Shown: piece after piece, positions 50,819 through 60,233 of the stretch
How positions within the stretch are numbered: the first letter of the stretch is position 1
Layout of the letters: every line of letters starts with the position of its first letter
Source of the DNA: Bryobacterales bacterium
GTDB taxonomy: Bacteria; Acidobacteriota; Terriglobia; Bryobacterales; Bryobacteraceae
Assembly (NCBI GenBank): GCA_020847975.1
Contig: JADLBD010000221.1
Span: 1,930 to 65,929 of the forward strand
Length of the DNA stretch: 64,000 nucleotides
Reading direction: 5' to 3'
Program-made: the position numbers and the translations under genes
The notes under the pieces: model-generated
What the model was told of the DNA's origin: nothing
The model's input: the letters and a program-made list of their open reading frames with translations, nothing else
Database searches by the model: none

Positions 50819-51589
50819 ATGCTCTCAAGAAAACGACAGACTGACGGTAACCAAGAAATCCCCGACAAGGCTCGGTACACGAAGTACTACGAGCACGATG
50901 GCCAGCTTCGAGCCTATGCGAACCGGTCGATGCTGATGGCCGGACTGTTCGGGGTGATCGCTTTGGTCTCCCTCGGGTTTGCAATCTATGTGAGGCTGCA
51001 GCCAGCGACCGTCATTCGCGTCTCTGCGGACGGCGAAGCGACGGTAGTCGGCGCCAGACCTGCGAGCACTGGACCAGAGACGAGGAGCAGCTTGCTGAGC
51101 GTTCTGGCTGCCATGCCGGCGGGTGAGGCGGCGCCGACTGATATTGAAGGCCGTGCCGTCGTCAGGAAGTTTCTCGAAAGCTATATGCGGTACACCCCCA
51201 CGTCGGTCGACAAGAACCTGGCCGACGCGCTCAACATGATGACCGCCAACCTGCGGATGTACAGTCTCAATCTACTGCGGGACCAGGACTTGATCGGCAA
51301 GATCAAAGAAGAGCAAATCACCTCCTCGTTCAAGATTCGGTCCATCGAGCCGGTCCCTGGTCAGGCGTGGACGTTTCAGGCTTTTGGCGTAAAGGAAGTT
51401 CATCGAATCAGGAATAGGAGCGAATTCACGGATCGAATCGTTGGCAAGTATCACGTCCGGCTGATTCAGGAACGGCGAACGGAACGTGTGCCGAGCGGAC
51501 TGCTGGTCGCCGAGTACAGGGAAGAACAGATGGTCGGTGAAAAGGATACCGGACTTTTGCAGGAGTCAAGCCTCCTGGGGAGCCGGTGA
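50819..51589 (+). CDS. VirB8/TrbF-like bitopic protein
   Basis: 256 aa. Short cytoplasmic N-terminus, one TM (LMAGLFGVIALVSLGFAIYV), then an approximately 190-aa periplasmic domain (VVRKFLESYMRYTPTSVDKNLADALNMMT...). Topology, size and position fit VirB8; the sequence similarity was not verifiable by eye. Confidence 0.45.
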   Translation: MLSRKRQTDGNQEIPDKARYTKYYEHDGQLRAYANRSMLMAGLFGVIALVSLGFAIYVRLQPATVIRVSADGEATVVGARPASTGPETRSSLLSVLAAMPAGEAAPTDIEGRAVVRKFLESYMRYTPTSVDKNLADALNMMTANLRMYSLNLLRDQDLIGKIKEEQITSSFKIRSIEPVPGQAWTFQAFGVKEVHRIRNRSEFTDRIVGKYHVRLIQERRTERVPSGLLVAEYREEQMVGEKDTGLLQESSLLGSR

Positions 51590-52074
51590 TGGATTCTGCC
51601 GTCCCCGGTTTCAGCGAGAGGGCATCTCCGGATCGGGGGCCGGTGGGAGCGAAGCCAGCGCAATCTGGCGAAACAGCGTACCTGAGAGAGGACGCGACGC
51701 GGCCCGCAACTCGCAAGGGTGCGCGGGCCGCGAATGAGTTGAAAGGAGGCGATTCGATGGGGGCAGCAACGGAACCAACAACAAGCGGCCTTGCTGAGCC
51801 GAAGGCCCCGGCTGGCAAGAAGGAGCGCAGTCCCCAGCGCCGGCGACGGACCAAAACAGCGGAGCTTTCGACGGCCCGCTACTTTCTGATCAAGGCCTCG
51901 GGTAGCGACGGGCTCCAGCTCGGTCAGGAGGTCGCGTCGGAAAATGAAGCGCTCACCGCATCATTCCGAGCGAGCGGCAGCTACGCCGTGGTGACGGAGT
52001 GGAAGGCCAACGTCGATGTGAGCACGGGCGCGCCAGTGATCAAGAAGGAGGGAGTTCAGCACGAAAAGAAATAA
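51586..52074 (+). CDS. Hypothetical protein (start uncertain; alternative ATG at about 51757)
   Basis: 162-aa ORF with a disordered, basic N-terminal half and a compact C-terminal region (ARYFLIKASGSDGLQLGQEVASENEALTASFRASGSYAVVTEWKANV). Confidence 0.3.
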   Translation: MMDSAVPGFSERASPDRGPVGAKPAQSGETAYLREDATRPATRKGARAANELKGGDSMGAATEPTTSGLAEPKAPAGKKERSPQRRRRTKTAELSTARYFLIKASGSDGLQLGQEVASENEALTASFRASGSYAVVTEWKANVDVSTGAPVIKKEGVQHEKK

Positions 52075-52271
52075 CGTATTCATAACGGGCAGCACTGGCT
52101 TCATGCACGTAGGTGTGTAAGCGACCCGTAGCTCTGATACGGGAAAGTGCTGGTCGGGTTTCCACGCGAATCCTGGCCAGAGTTCTCACAAACCCTGGCC
52201 GCGGATAGCGAAGAGACCAATTCCAGCGGGCTCCTTGCTGTTCTGCCAACAGACGGAAAAGGAGAGTATCC

Positions 52272-52484
52272 ATGTTGAAGAACAAAATGGCGACACTACT
52301 CACAGTCGTTTCGGCAATGCTCATCAGCGCGGGCATGACCTGGCAACAGCGTCTGCTCTTCGTTGGCGGCATAGCGTTCGGTGTGGTGGTGGAAGCGCTC
52401 CCCAGTCTTGTGGATGAGCTGAAGGAACGCGTCGCCGAATGGCGGCGAATCCGGCAGTTCACCGTAAAGACCAAGGCGGCGTAG
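52272..52484 (+). CDS. Small membrane protein (70 aa)
   Basis: RBS AAAGGAGAG lies upstream. Two hydrophobic segments (ATLLTVVSAMLISAGM / LLFVGGIAFGVVV) and an amphipathic tail. Confidence 0.35.
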   Translation: MLKNKMATLLTVVSAMLISAGMTWQQRLLFVGGIAFGVVVEALPSLVDELKERVAEWRRIRQFTVKTKAA

Positions 52485-52585
52485 GTAGTAAAACAACCCG
52501 GTGACGGCTCTCCGAGCCTGGCACCCGGGAACTTGATTCAAGTTCACGGCAACAGGCGAAGGGAGGGCACCGGAGACGGCGCTCC

Positions 52586-52622
52586 TGTCTGTCTGTTGCT
52601 CACATTCAACAGAAAACAGACA
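52586..52622 (+). promoter_or_regulatory. Imperfect inverted repeat abutting the RBS of the polymerase-like gene
   Basis: TGTCTGTCTGTTG (52586-52598), an 8-nt loop, then CAACAGAAAACAGACA (52607-52622). The right arm runs into AAGGAG (52622-52627). Confidence 0.3.
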
Positions 52623-52634
52623 AGGAGATGCCCA

Positions 52635-55265
52635 ATGAAAACCATAGTTACGTCCCAATTGCCAGTTTTGGCGTTGGAGATCGATCAGGAAGGAACGGTA
52701 GCTCAAAAGAGCATGCAGCTCACGAGGCAGGGACAACTCGACAACACGTTGCTCGATGCCCTCTATCCGGGGATTCGAGTCGCGACCGTTGAGATTCCTG
52801 GCAGCGAGCTGGATGACTATGGGCGTGCCAAGGTGGAACAGGCTCTGGCGAAGTTCACTGTGGGTGGAGTGGAGTATCGCCTCATCGGCGCATCGGGCTC
52901 CGCGAAGAATGGCAAATACTACGCCGTGAGCAAGGAGTTCGAGAAGCCGATCGCCGAGCGGTTCCAGCAGTGGCCGGAAGCTGCGATCACCTACTTCGGG
53001 ATCTTGATCTCGCCCTGCAAAGTGCGGATCGAGGAACCGGACGTGCGGGTGCTCGTCGTGGAAGACCACACCGTCGGTACGAATGACTGCCGCGGCTGGA
53101 TTCGGCGTTCTCTGTTTGAAAAGCTGGGTCTCCCCGCGGGTCACTTCTACCAGTTCCGTCTCGCATTCAACCGGACTCAGGCCAAAGGCAGCTTCAAGGT
53201 AATGGAGAATGACGTCGCGGATCAGATCAGCGCCGACATCATCCTGCCTAAGAGCTCCATGAAGCCTGCGCTGCCGGAGAAGTCATCGTGGGTGAAACTC
53301 TGTTTCGGCGATGCGCAGATGTTTCGGGGCCCGATCGTTTTGGGTATCCGGGAGGTCTCGCGCGAGCTAGAGTACGAATCGAGCTACACGTTGTTGACGC
53401 ATGCTCCGGAGTCCACTATCGACCTGGAAGTCTTGCCGCACGCGCTCCAGCAAGTGCAAACACTCAAGACGACAGTCGAGGAGAACAACTTCGATGAGCT
53501 TTTTCGCCTTCTCGGGACCTCGAAAACCTCACGCCCGGTACGCGGAGACGAGGATGCGACGGAAGACGGAGAGTACACGTCCGCGGAGCGAACGGTTGTG
53601 GAGGCGGTGCTCAAGGCTGACGGCTCCGGCCAGTTGGTCAAGTTCCCCTTCATCAACAACCAGCTCCAGCGGATCCTGTGCCGGTGGGCGTACAAGCTGG
53701 CGACGGCGGGAGGGTTCAAACTTCCGGCCTTCGCGCTAGCTGACGACGGCTACCTGGTGCTCGACAACGGACGGGTCTACTCGGGTTCCGACTGGATGCC
53801 GGAGGGGCACGCCATCACGAGTCTCGGCTCGCGGCGCCTTCTCGAAGTGCGGTATCCCATTCGGGCGAAGGACGACCTGCTCCCTTTGAACAAGCTGGAT
53901 GGTCCGGCTACGGTGGCGTGGTTGATGAACGACCTGGCGCGGCAAGGGTGCTCGATGTCCGAGCCAGACGCCGTGGAGCGGATCGTCATCGGCCAGCTCC
54001 GCCTGGAACATACCATCACCCTTCACTCGACGACGGCGGCGAAAAACGGGGGCGACTACGACTTTGACACCGTCTGCGTGGTGGAGGAGAGCCGGTTTCC
54101 ACGGTGGGTCGAAGATCGCTTCAACCATCGCGAAACCTTCTCGAACGAGAAGGACAAGCGGAAGAAGAAGCGGTCGGCCTGGTGGAACCTGGCCCAGGTC
54201 GCGGTCTCGGCGAAGGGCAACGAAATCGGGATCATCACTGACCTGATGTCGTCGTGCCTGGCTTCCGGGCGCCCCGATCTGGCGGAACTGCTGGCGAAGG
54301 AACTCCAGGCAGCACTTGATGCCCTCAAGCACGGGACGATGCCGAACCAGGACGTGATTGTCGGTGTTCGCAAGCAGGTGATCACGGCGCCATGGTTGCG
54401 GTTGAAAGACGAGAAACGCGTTGGCGCCTTGCCAGTGCACCTGACCGTGCCCCCCACGGACAAGATTGGCAAGCTGTACAACGTGATTCGAAAAGAACTC
54501 GATGACTTCTTCAGCGATGTCCGGCCTCTGGCGGACTTCCGCGGCCTGATTGTGAACGGACAATTCGACCGCGAAATGTACAAGGAGGCGGGGCAGATCG
54601 CGACTGTCTACGGGGTCAACATCGGGTTGATCATGAAGAAGCGCGAGAAGTACCAGCAGGAAGTCGCGGACGCCCAAGCCGCCCTCAACGCGTGCGATCT
54701 GGACAACGTTGTGGAGCGGCGGAAGGCATTCAAGCGGCGCAACACGGCGAAAGCGGCGTTGCACTGGTATGAGGAACGCTCCCGCCAGGAGATGCGCAAC
54801 ATGATCCACCTGGTGCGGAAGTGGGCCGAACGGAAGTCGGCGAACGCGTTCGACTGGCTCGCCGCTCTCTATGCAATCACCTGCAAGGGGAGCAAGAGTA
54901 CAGGAAGTATCGTGTTCTACGCCTTTCCGCAGGAACTCGTCAACATGATCGCGGAGCGCACGGGTGGCCGTCCGGTCACCGTCGCAATTCCTGATCTGGT
55001 TGATGGGGACGTGTGCATCGACGACGACGGCAACGTGTATCTCGTCGAGCAGGTCGGCGACGGCCAAGGACAGATTCTAGAGAGGGAAACCTTTCTCATG
55101 CAAGTCACGAGGGATGGCGACCTAATTTACGATCACGGTCGGCCTCAACGAATCCATGCAATTGAGTTTGAGGCTGGACGGGCTGAAGTGCGGGATGGGA
55201 GGCTTGAGCTTCCTGGTTCCAGGCTGAAGCCGAAGGTTCAAAAGCCGAAGCTGGACAACAAGTAG
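52635..55265 (+). CDS. Large protein with a double-psi-beta-barrel-polymerase-like catalytic motif (cellular RdRP / YonO-like candidate)
   Basis: ATG 52635 lies 7 nt after AAGGAG (the ORF track has 52533). ...RRLLEVRYPIRAKDDLLPL... is followed by ...TAAKNGGDYDFDTVCVVEE (D-x-D-x-D). Compare the DbDGD signature of cellular RdRPs and NADFDGD of the RNAP beta-prime subunit. Then ...VAVSAKGNEIGIITDL.... No Walker, HNH or relaxase motifs were seen. Confidence 0.45.
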   Translation: MKTIVTSQLPVLALEIDQEGTVAQKSMQLTRQGQLDNTLLDALYPGIRVATVEIPGSELDDYGRAKVEQALAKFTVGGVEYRLIGASGSAKNGKYYAVSKEFEKPIAERFQQWPEAAITYFGILISPCKVRIEEPDVRVLVVEDHTVGTNDCRGWIRRSLFEKLGLPAGHFYQFRLAFNRTQAKGSFKVMENDVADQISADIILPKSSMKPALPEKSSWVKLCFGDAQMFRGPIVLGIREVSRELEYESSYTLLTHAPESTIDLEVLPHALQQVQTLKTTVEENNFDELFRLLGTSKTSRPVRGDEDATEDGEYTSAERTVVEAVLKADGSGQLVKFPFINNQLQRILCRWAYKLATAGGFKLPAFALADDGYLVLDNGRVYSGSDWMPEGHAITSLGSRRLLEVRYPIRAKDDLLPLNKLDGPATVAWLMNDLARQGCSMSEPDAVERIVIGQLRLEHTITLHSTTAAKNGGDYDFDTVCVVEESRFPRWVEDRFNHRETFSNEKDKRKKKRSAWWNLAQVAVSAKGNEIGIITDLMSSCLASGRPDLAELLAKELQAALDALKHGTMPNQDVIVGVRKQVITAPWLRLKDEKRVGALPVHLTVPPTDKIGKLYNVIRKELDDFFSDVRPLADFRGLIVNGQFDREMYKEAGQIATVYGVNIGLIMKKREKYQQEVADAQAALNACDLDNVVERRKAFKRRNTAKAALHWYEERSRQEMRNMIHLVRKWAERKSANAFDWLAALYAITCKGSKSTGSIVFYAFPQELVNMIAERTGGRPVTVAIPDLVDGDVCIDDDGNVYLVEQVGDGQGQILERETFLMQVTRDGDLIYDHGRPQRIHAIEFEAGRAEVRDGRLELPGSRLKPKVQKPKLDNK

Positions 55266-55346
55266 TATGCCTTCGGGGAGGTTTGGGCAACCGGACCTCC
55301 TCGGGTTTTGGCAGACGCAGGGAAAGTGACCGAAGGAGTACAGCCC

Positions 55347-56192
55347 ATGCAACGTACCGTGACCCTTATCCTAATCGCGACTCTGGCCGCATTCGGTCAG
55401 AAGATCGAAACACAGAAGCCGGATCGCAACAAGATCACGCGGCTGGGCACGACGCCTAATCATCTGAGCGTGATCGAACTCGGCGAGCCGGTCACCCGAG
55501 TAGCCGCCGGCAGTTCGTCATTCAAGATCGAATGGCGCGAAAACACGGTGTTCGTCCAGCCGCTCGAACCGGATGCGACGACCAACCTCTTCATATGGAC
55601 CGCTTCCGGCCGCCTCAGCTACGAACTGGTGCCGGCTGGCTCGGTCGAGCAGATGCACTTCGCAATTGACCAGGACCCGACAACGGTTCAGGCCAGGAAG
55701 ACAGAACCGGTCGAACAGGCGCCCGTTTCTCAACGACCGAAGGTACCCGCGGCCATGTTAATGGAAAGCACGCCCGTTAAGCTGGTTGGACCCTCGAGAA
55801 ACCACCAGAAAGTGGAGATCGTTCTACAGGACGTTTACCAGAAGGACGGCCGTGTCTACCTTCGGTATGCCATCGTGAACGGAGGGCGAACGGTCTACCT
55901 GCCCGCGACTCCGGAAGTGTTCAGACTGAACTCCCCTCGCGCACCGCAGTCGCTGATTCCACTGGCGAACAGCCAGCTTGCCAGCGGCTACCAACTCAAG
56001 TGGAACGGCGAGGCTCGGGTTCCCATCGTTCATACGGAGCTCCAGGTCCCAGTCGTTCGGCCTGGCCAAACCGCCCTTGGCCTTATCGCGTTCGACCTGC
56101 CACACTCCGGCCAACCGGAATTGCGAACGGTTGTGAAATTGGCGTTCCCGGCGGACGCGACCGGTAGCGTCAGTGCGGTATTGGTTCTGTAG
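55347..56192 (+). CDS. VirB9/TrbG/TraN-like protein (paralog 2)
   Basis: ATG 55347 follows AAGGAG. Signal peptide MQRTVTLILIATLAAFG. N-domain: ITRLGTTPNHLSVIELGEPVTRVAAGSSSFKIEWRENTVFVQPLEPDATTNLFIWTASGRLSYELV, the same pattern as 38328..39434. C-domain: VYLRYAIVNGGRTVYLPATPEVFRL. Confidence 0.5.
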   Translation: MQRTVTLILIATLAAFGQKIETQKPDRNKITRLGTTPNHLSVIELGEPVTRVAAGSSSFKIEWRENTVFVQPLEPDATTNLFIWTASGRLSYELVPAGSVEQMHFAIDQDPTTVQARKTEPVEQAPVSQRPKVPAAMLMESTPVKLVGPSRNHQKVEIVLQDVYQKDGRVYLRYAIVNGGRTVYLPATPEVFRLNSPRAPQSLIPLANSQLASGYQLKWNGEARVPIVHTELQVPVVRPGQTALGLIAFDLPHSGQPELRTVVKLAFPADATGSVSAVLVL

Positions 56193-56194
56193 CC

Positions 56195-56521
56195 ATGACT
56201 AACGACAGACAAATCACGCCGCAAGATGTTCTGGAGGCGATCGTGAGCCGGCAACCACTCTGTGAAGGAGTGGTAGTGGACCATTCGGTGACGACCGATG
56301 ACGTGCTCGCTGCGTTCGAAGTCAGCATGAAACGGCGGTCGGACCTCGGTGTGTCAAACCGGGCGCTGAATGTCTTCCTTCAACCTCGGAACCCATTCGA
56401 ACCCGACAGAACACGCAAGCCAAAAATGGAAACCGTGATTTTCGGACTGCTCTTTGCCATTGTGGTTGCGGCCTTCCTGTTCTTCAATCTCGCGGCGCCG
56501 CGGCTGGAGGTGCGTCCATGA
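56195..56521 (+). CDS. Hypothetical protein with a C-terminal TM helix
   Basis: 108 aa. ...METVIFGLLFAIVVAAFLFFNL. It starts 2 nt after the previous stop. Confidence 0.4.
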   Translation: MTNDRQITPQDVLEAIVSRQPLCEGVVVDHSVTTDDVLAAFEVSMKRRSDLGVSNRALNVFLQPRNPFEPDRTRKPKMETVIFGLLFAIVVAAFLFFNLAAPRLEVRP

Positions 56522-56919
56522 GCGACACCTGGAGGGTACGACTCGATGGAGTGTTGCGGGAGGGGGAAGTTGTTGGGCTGCACTTTACGACCGCGATGCT
56601 CATCGTTATCGAATTCTGCTTCGTGTATTGGCTGAACCGGATCCAGATCCCGGAAGCATCAAGTAAGGCGGCCTCCGGCTTCATTGTGATGCCGCCGTGG
56701 TACCAAAGGCCGAGGTTCGAAGTGACCCTGCTACTCACAATCCTGGCGGGTCTGTTGTTTTCGGTGTGCTGGGGGCTCTGGAATCTGTGGCGCAAGAGGA
56801 CCGACACCGGGTCATGGGAGACCGCCGTTCAATCGGTCAAACAACGAGTGTGGGCGACCACGTCAGTGGCGGCGCTGACGGGCGTAGAGTTGGCCCTGGT
56901 CACCTGGCTTCGCGGCTGA
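56518..56919 (+). CDS. Hypothetical membrane protein (3-4 TM)
   Basis: 133 aa, with ATGA overlap with the upstream gene. TM segments: LHFTTAMLIVIEFCFVYWL, LLLTILAGLLFSVCWGLWNL and SVAALTGVELALVTWL. Confidence 0.4.
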   Translation: MSDTWRVRLDGVLREGEVVGLHFTTAMLIVIEFCFVYWLNRIQIPEASSKAASGFIVMPPWYQRPRFEVTLLLTILAGLLFSVCWGLWNLWRKRTDTGSWETAVQSVKQRVWATTSVAALTGVELALVTWLRG

Positions 56920-56978
56920 ATCCCTCCACACACCGCGCCCCAGTTCCCCCCAAGCCGCCAGCTTAGAAAGGCACAATC

Positions 56979-58775
56979 ATGATTCGCGATTCTTATCCGG
57001 ATAGTTCCTACCGCGACCGCTCGTCGCTGTCGGCATCTCCAATCTTTGTGTGCACGGCATTGGCAGGGCTGGTTCTGTTCACGCTCTGGTTCCTCGGCAC
57101 GAAAGCCTACCATTTCACCAACCTTCAGATGGCTGAATGCCTCGTCTACTTTCTGCTTGGGATCGGCGTGCCGGGGATCACGATCTGGGTCTTAATAAAG
57201 CGGCGAGAGTGGAAGGAGAACCAGAGACGGTATCCGCCTCTGGTGATAAGCGCATCTGCGGACGCCAAGCATGTCAAGAAGGCATGGGACGAAAATGCCG
57301 TCGTGCTCGGCTACGACGTGCACGGGGCGCCTTGGCTGTGGCCGGATAAGGTGCGCGTCATGCAGGGGATCGTTCTGGGCATGACGGGCAGTGGAAAGAC
57401 GACGCTCCTCAAGAACATCATCACCCAGGATCTGGCACGGAGGATGGGACCGGCCGGAGATCGGCACAAAATCCCCATGGTGATCTTCGACGGAAAGGGC
57501 GACCTCGATTTCTTCTACGAGCTGCTGCCACACATCGCTCGCGCCGGCCGGCTCGACGACCTACGTCTCATCAACCCCGCACGGCCCGACCTCTCCTGCT
57601 TGTATAACCCCTTCCACACGACGGACGAGAACTATATGGCGCAAGTGAACATGGTGTTCGGGTCGTTCAACCTGCACGATGAGTTCTTCGCCAAGCACCA
57701 ATTGAACTACCTGGCCGATATCGTCCGGATTCTCCACTACACCGGTGTTCCCTTCAATTTCTACGACGTCATCGTGATGGCACTGGATGAGGAGGTGCTG
57801 AAAGGCCAGATCGAGAAAGCGCGCAAGCACATGCAGTCGGACCGGAACATCTCCATGCAGCGCGGCTTGAACTTTGAGATGTCGGTCCGGAACCTGGTCG
57901 AGTCGTTCAACGACCGCGAACGGGTGCCGAAGATTCAGGGTTTGCTGAACGAGTGCATGACATTTCTCGACGACGAGTTGTCGGTGATCACCGGCCCTTA
58001 CGAGGATCTGTTGTCGATCGATGACGTAATCGACCAGGAGCTGATCTTGTTTGTCACGCTGAACATCAACAAGAACACCGAGCCGGTTAGGGCACTCGGA
58101 AAGATGCTGCTCCAGAATCTGCAGCTCGTCGTCGGCAAGAGATATGAAAGTGAAGAGGAGCGGAAGCGCCAAAACCGACCGATTCTGAGCGTCGTACTCG
58201 ATGAGTTCGCGCCGTTCGGGTACCGGAATTTCGCCCAGATCTTGCAGACGGCGCGCGGCACCAACACCGCCTTCCTGTTCTCGATGCAAAGCCTGCCGCA
58301 ACTCCTTCAGGTCGGCAAGGGCTTCAAGGATGACGTTACGAGCGCTCCAAACACGAAGATCGCGATGCGCACGCAGGACGAGGAGACGTCCAGGTTCTTC
58401 ATCCGGGCTTCTGCCGAGCACACGGTGACCAAGCGGACGGTGTCGGTAGTGCGCGAACAGGTATTCGGCTGGGAGCGATTTCAGAAAGGTACGAGCGGCT
58501 CGGAGCGAGAAGAACGCGAGTACCGGGCCGAGGACGAACGGATCAAGAACCTGCCGAAAGGCCAGATGCAAATCCTCATGACGGACGACACGGAAGGAAC
58601 CTTGCACCGTCACCTACACGTGCGCACACCCCCAGACGTGGGACTTCAAGGACTTGACATGGAGTTGGCGCCACGGCTGCGGCAGTCCAGAGCGGACGCG
58701 CCGGGAGCGAATCTCCGGTTCAAGAACCCGGAGCTTGCGGCTTCGATTGGCCGACGGATGCAAGGACGGAGGTAG
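56979..58775 (+). CDS. virD4: Type IV coupling protein (VirD4/TraG/TraD family)
   Basis: 598 aa with two N-terminal TM helices. Walker A: GIVLGMTGSGKTTLL. Walker B: SVVLDEFAPFG. Also ...ARGTNTAFLFSMQSLPQL...NTKIAMRTQD, typical of the TraD/TraG coupling protein family. Confidence 0.8.
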   Translation: MIRDSYPDSSYRDRSSLSASPIFVCTALAGLVLFTLWFLGTKAYHFTNLQMAECLVYFLLGIGVPGITIWVLIKRREWKENQRRYPPLVISASADAKHVKKAWDENAVVLGYDVHGAPWLWPDKVRVMQGIVLGMTGSGKTTLLKNIITQDLARRMGPAGDRHKIPMVIFDGKGDLDFFYELLPHIARAGRLDDLRLINPARPDLSCLYNPFHTTDENYMAQVNMVFGSFNLHDEFFAKHQLNYLADIVRILHYTGVPFNFYDVIVMALDEEVLKGQIEKARKHMQSDRNISMQRGLNFEMSVRNLVESFNDRERVPKIQGLLNECMTFLDDELSVITGPYEDLLSIDDVIDQELILFVTLNINKNTEPVRALGKMLLQNLQLVVGKRYESEEERKRQNRPILSVVLDEFAPFGYRNFAQILQTARGTNTAFLFSMQSLPQLLQVGKGFKDDVTSAPNTKIAMRTQDEETSRFFIRASAEHTVTKRTVSVVREQVFGWERFQKGTSGSEREEREYRAEDERIKNLPKGQMQILMTDDTEGTLHRHLHVRTPPDVGLQGLDMELAPRLRQSRADAPGANLRFKNPELAASIGRRMQGRR

Positions 58776-58779
58776 ATGA

Positions 58780-59670
58780 ATGCGACACGGGCTCAACAGC
58801 ATCCTCTTTACGGGCGTGGTGACCGCGTTGATCAGTCTCGCACCAGCGTACTGTCAACAGCAGCAGGCGGCTCCACAGGCGCCCCCGCAACAACCCGGAC
58901 AACCGAACTTGGGGAACCGCAAGCCGGCACCGACTGGCTCTGCTCCCCGCACCGTGGCGCCGTCGCCGGCGGCGCAGTACTCACCGCTCGCAGCACAGGG
59001 CGGCTACCGCAGACATGGAATGACGTGGTACGACGCGCTGTTTCATTCGCTCAATCCGAAGAACATCGACTGGGGAATGAGCTGGGAACAGCGGCGGAGC
59101 ATGTTCCTGGAGAACTCGGTCGGCAACAAATACTTCATGTATACAGCGGCGCTGTCCCTGCTGCTGGTCTACTCCGTCGTGGTCATCATCTGGCAGCGGT
59201 GGAACCACACGGAGAGACTGAAGCAGTTGGCGCAGAGAACGGCGGACGCCATGAATTACGCGAAGTACTGGAAGGAGCGAGCCGGCGAAGCGATTCGGAA
59301 ACATAACGCCCACATCGAACGGTGCAACCGGGTGATCGAAAGCGGCGAAACCGGCGTGCCGACAGGCGACGCGGCGGAGGCGGCCGATTGGCGAATAGAG
59401 ATGGAACGGATGCGCACGGAGCTGTCCAATTCGCAGTCGGATAAAAAGAGGCTCGAAGCCGAACTTGAACAGAAGAAGGTCATGGTAGCCGACATGTCCG
59501 CACGTGTGGATGAGGCAACTCAAAGAGTCAGCAGCGGCAGCGGTCGCGGCAATGGTAGTGGAATGGGTCTGAAAGCTGACGATAAGGCGGCTCTGGTCGA
59601 CCGTATCAACCGGCTGGAGACTGCGCTGGCGGCGGCGAAGGACGAAAACCGGCGACTGAAAGGCGCGTGA
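58780..59670 (+). CDS. Secreted/membrane coiled-coil protein, function unknown
   Basis: 296 aa. Signal peptide (ILFTGVVTALISLAPAYC), a Q/P-rich region, a TM (FMYTAALSLLLVYSVVVIIW), then a coiled coil (ELSNSQSDKKRLEAELEQKKVMVADM...RLETALAAAKDENRRLK). Confidence 0.45.
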   Translation: MRHGLNSILFTGVVTALISLAPAYCQQQQAAPQAPPQQPGQPNLGNRKPAPTGSAPRTVAPSPAAQYSPLAAQGGYRRHGMTWYDALFHSLNPKNIDWGMSWEQRRSMFLENSVGNKYFMYTAALSLLLVYSVVVIIWQRWNHTERLKQLAQRTADAMNYAKYWKERAGEAIRKHNAHIERCNRVIESGETGVPTGDAAEAADWRIEMERMRTELSNSQSDKKRLEAELEQKKVMVADMSARVDEATQRVSSGSGRGNGSGMGLKADDKAALVDRINRLETALAAAKDENRRLKGA

Positions 59671-59680
59671 GGCAACGGAT

Positions 59681-60220
59681 ATGCTGATCTCCGTACTGGG
59701 GTTTGGAAGCATCTGGTCACGGCGCGTGGCAAGAGATCCGCGAAATCCAGGGCGCTTCAGCGGCTTGGATGCGGCGTACTACAACACCACCGGCGTTCCG
59801 GTTGGGCAGAAGATTCGGAACCGGCCGCGCGTGTTCGGCGTCGCGCGGTTCAATGGCAACAGTGGACTGCGCCCCGATTGCACATACCGGATGATCTACA
59901 AGGTATTCGACGCGGAGGCGCCGTGCGTCAGGGATGGGCACAACAGAGTGTTCTTCCGCGCCATTCTTCCGCGACCAGCGAAGCCGGACGCGTACCTCGT
60001 TACGGTCACGAATGAGCAGACTGGCGGCATCGATAAGGATGAGGCCGGGGAGTGGCTGCATCCGCAAGCGTACTTGATCTCTTTCAGCGAGTGCGGCCAT
60101 GACCAGGAATTGATGCTGGTGATGCCAGCATTCAGTTGGCTGCGCGGGCGGCTGGGTGCGTTCTTTCTCGAACCGGTCGCGCAAAAACCGTGGGAAGCGC
60201 ATCTGATGTTGTCTGCATGA
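59681..60220 (+). CDS. Hypothetical protein
   Basis: 179-aa ORF with coding-like composition. No recognised motif. Confidence 0.35.
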   Translation: MLISVLGFGSIWSRRVARDPRNPGRFSGLDAAYYNTTGVPVGQKIRNRPRVFGVARFNGNSGLRPDCTYRMIYKVFDAEAPCVRDGHNRVFFRAILPRPAKPDAYLVTVTNEQTGGIDKDEAGEWLHPQAYLISFSECGHDQELMLVMPAFSWLRGRLGAFFLEPVAQKPWEAHLMLSA

Positions 60221-60233
60221 GAGGCGGCCGCTT

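Noticed and set aside
52530-52560. Sigma54-type promoter (CTGGCACCCGGGAACTTGA) upstream of the polymerase-like gene
   Set aside because: The TGGCAC element is present, but the -12 TTGC element is not at the required 5-nt spacing, so the match is too weak to call.
58776-59306. 176-aa ORF starting 4 nt before the 58780 ORF
   Set aside because: The 58780 frame gives a signal peptide, a TM helix and a long coiled coil over 296 aa. The 58776 frame gives a low-complexity Gly/Ala/Arg/Thr product.
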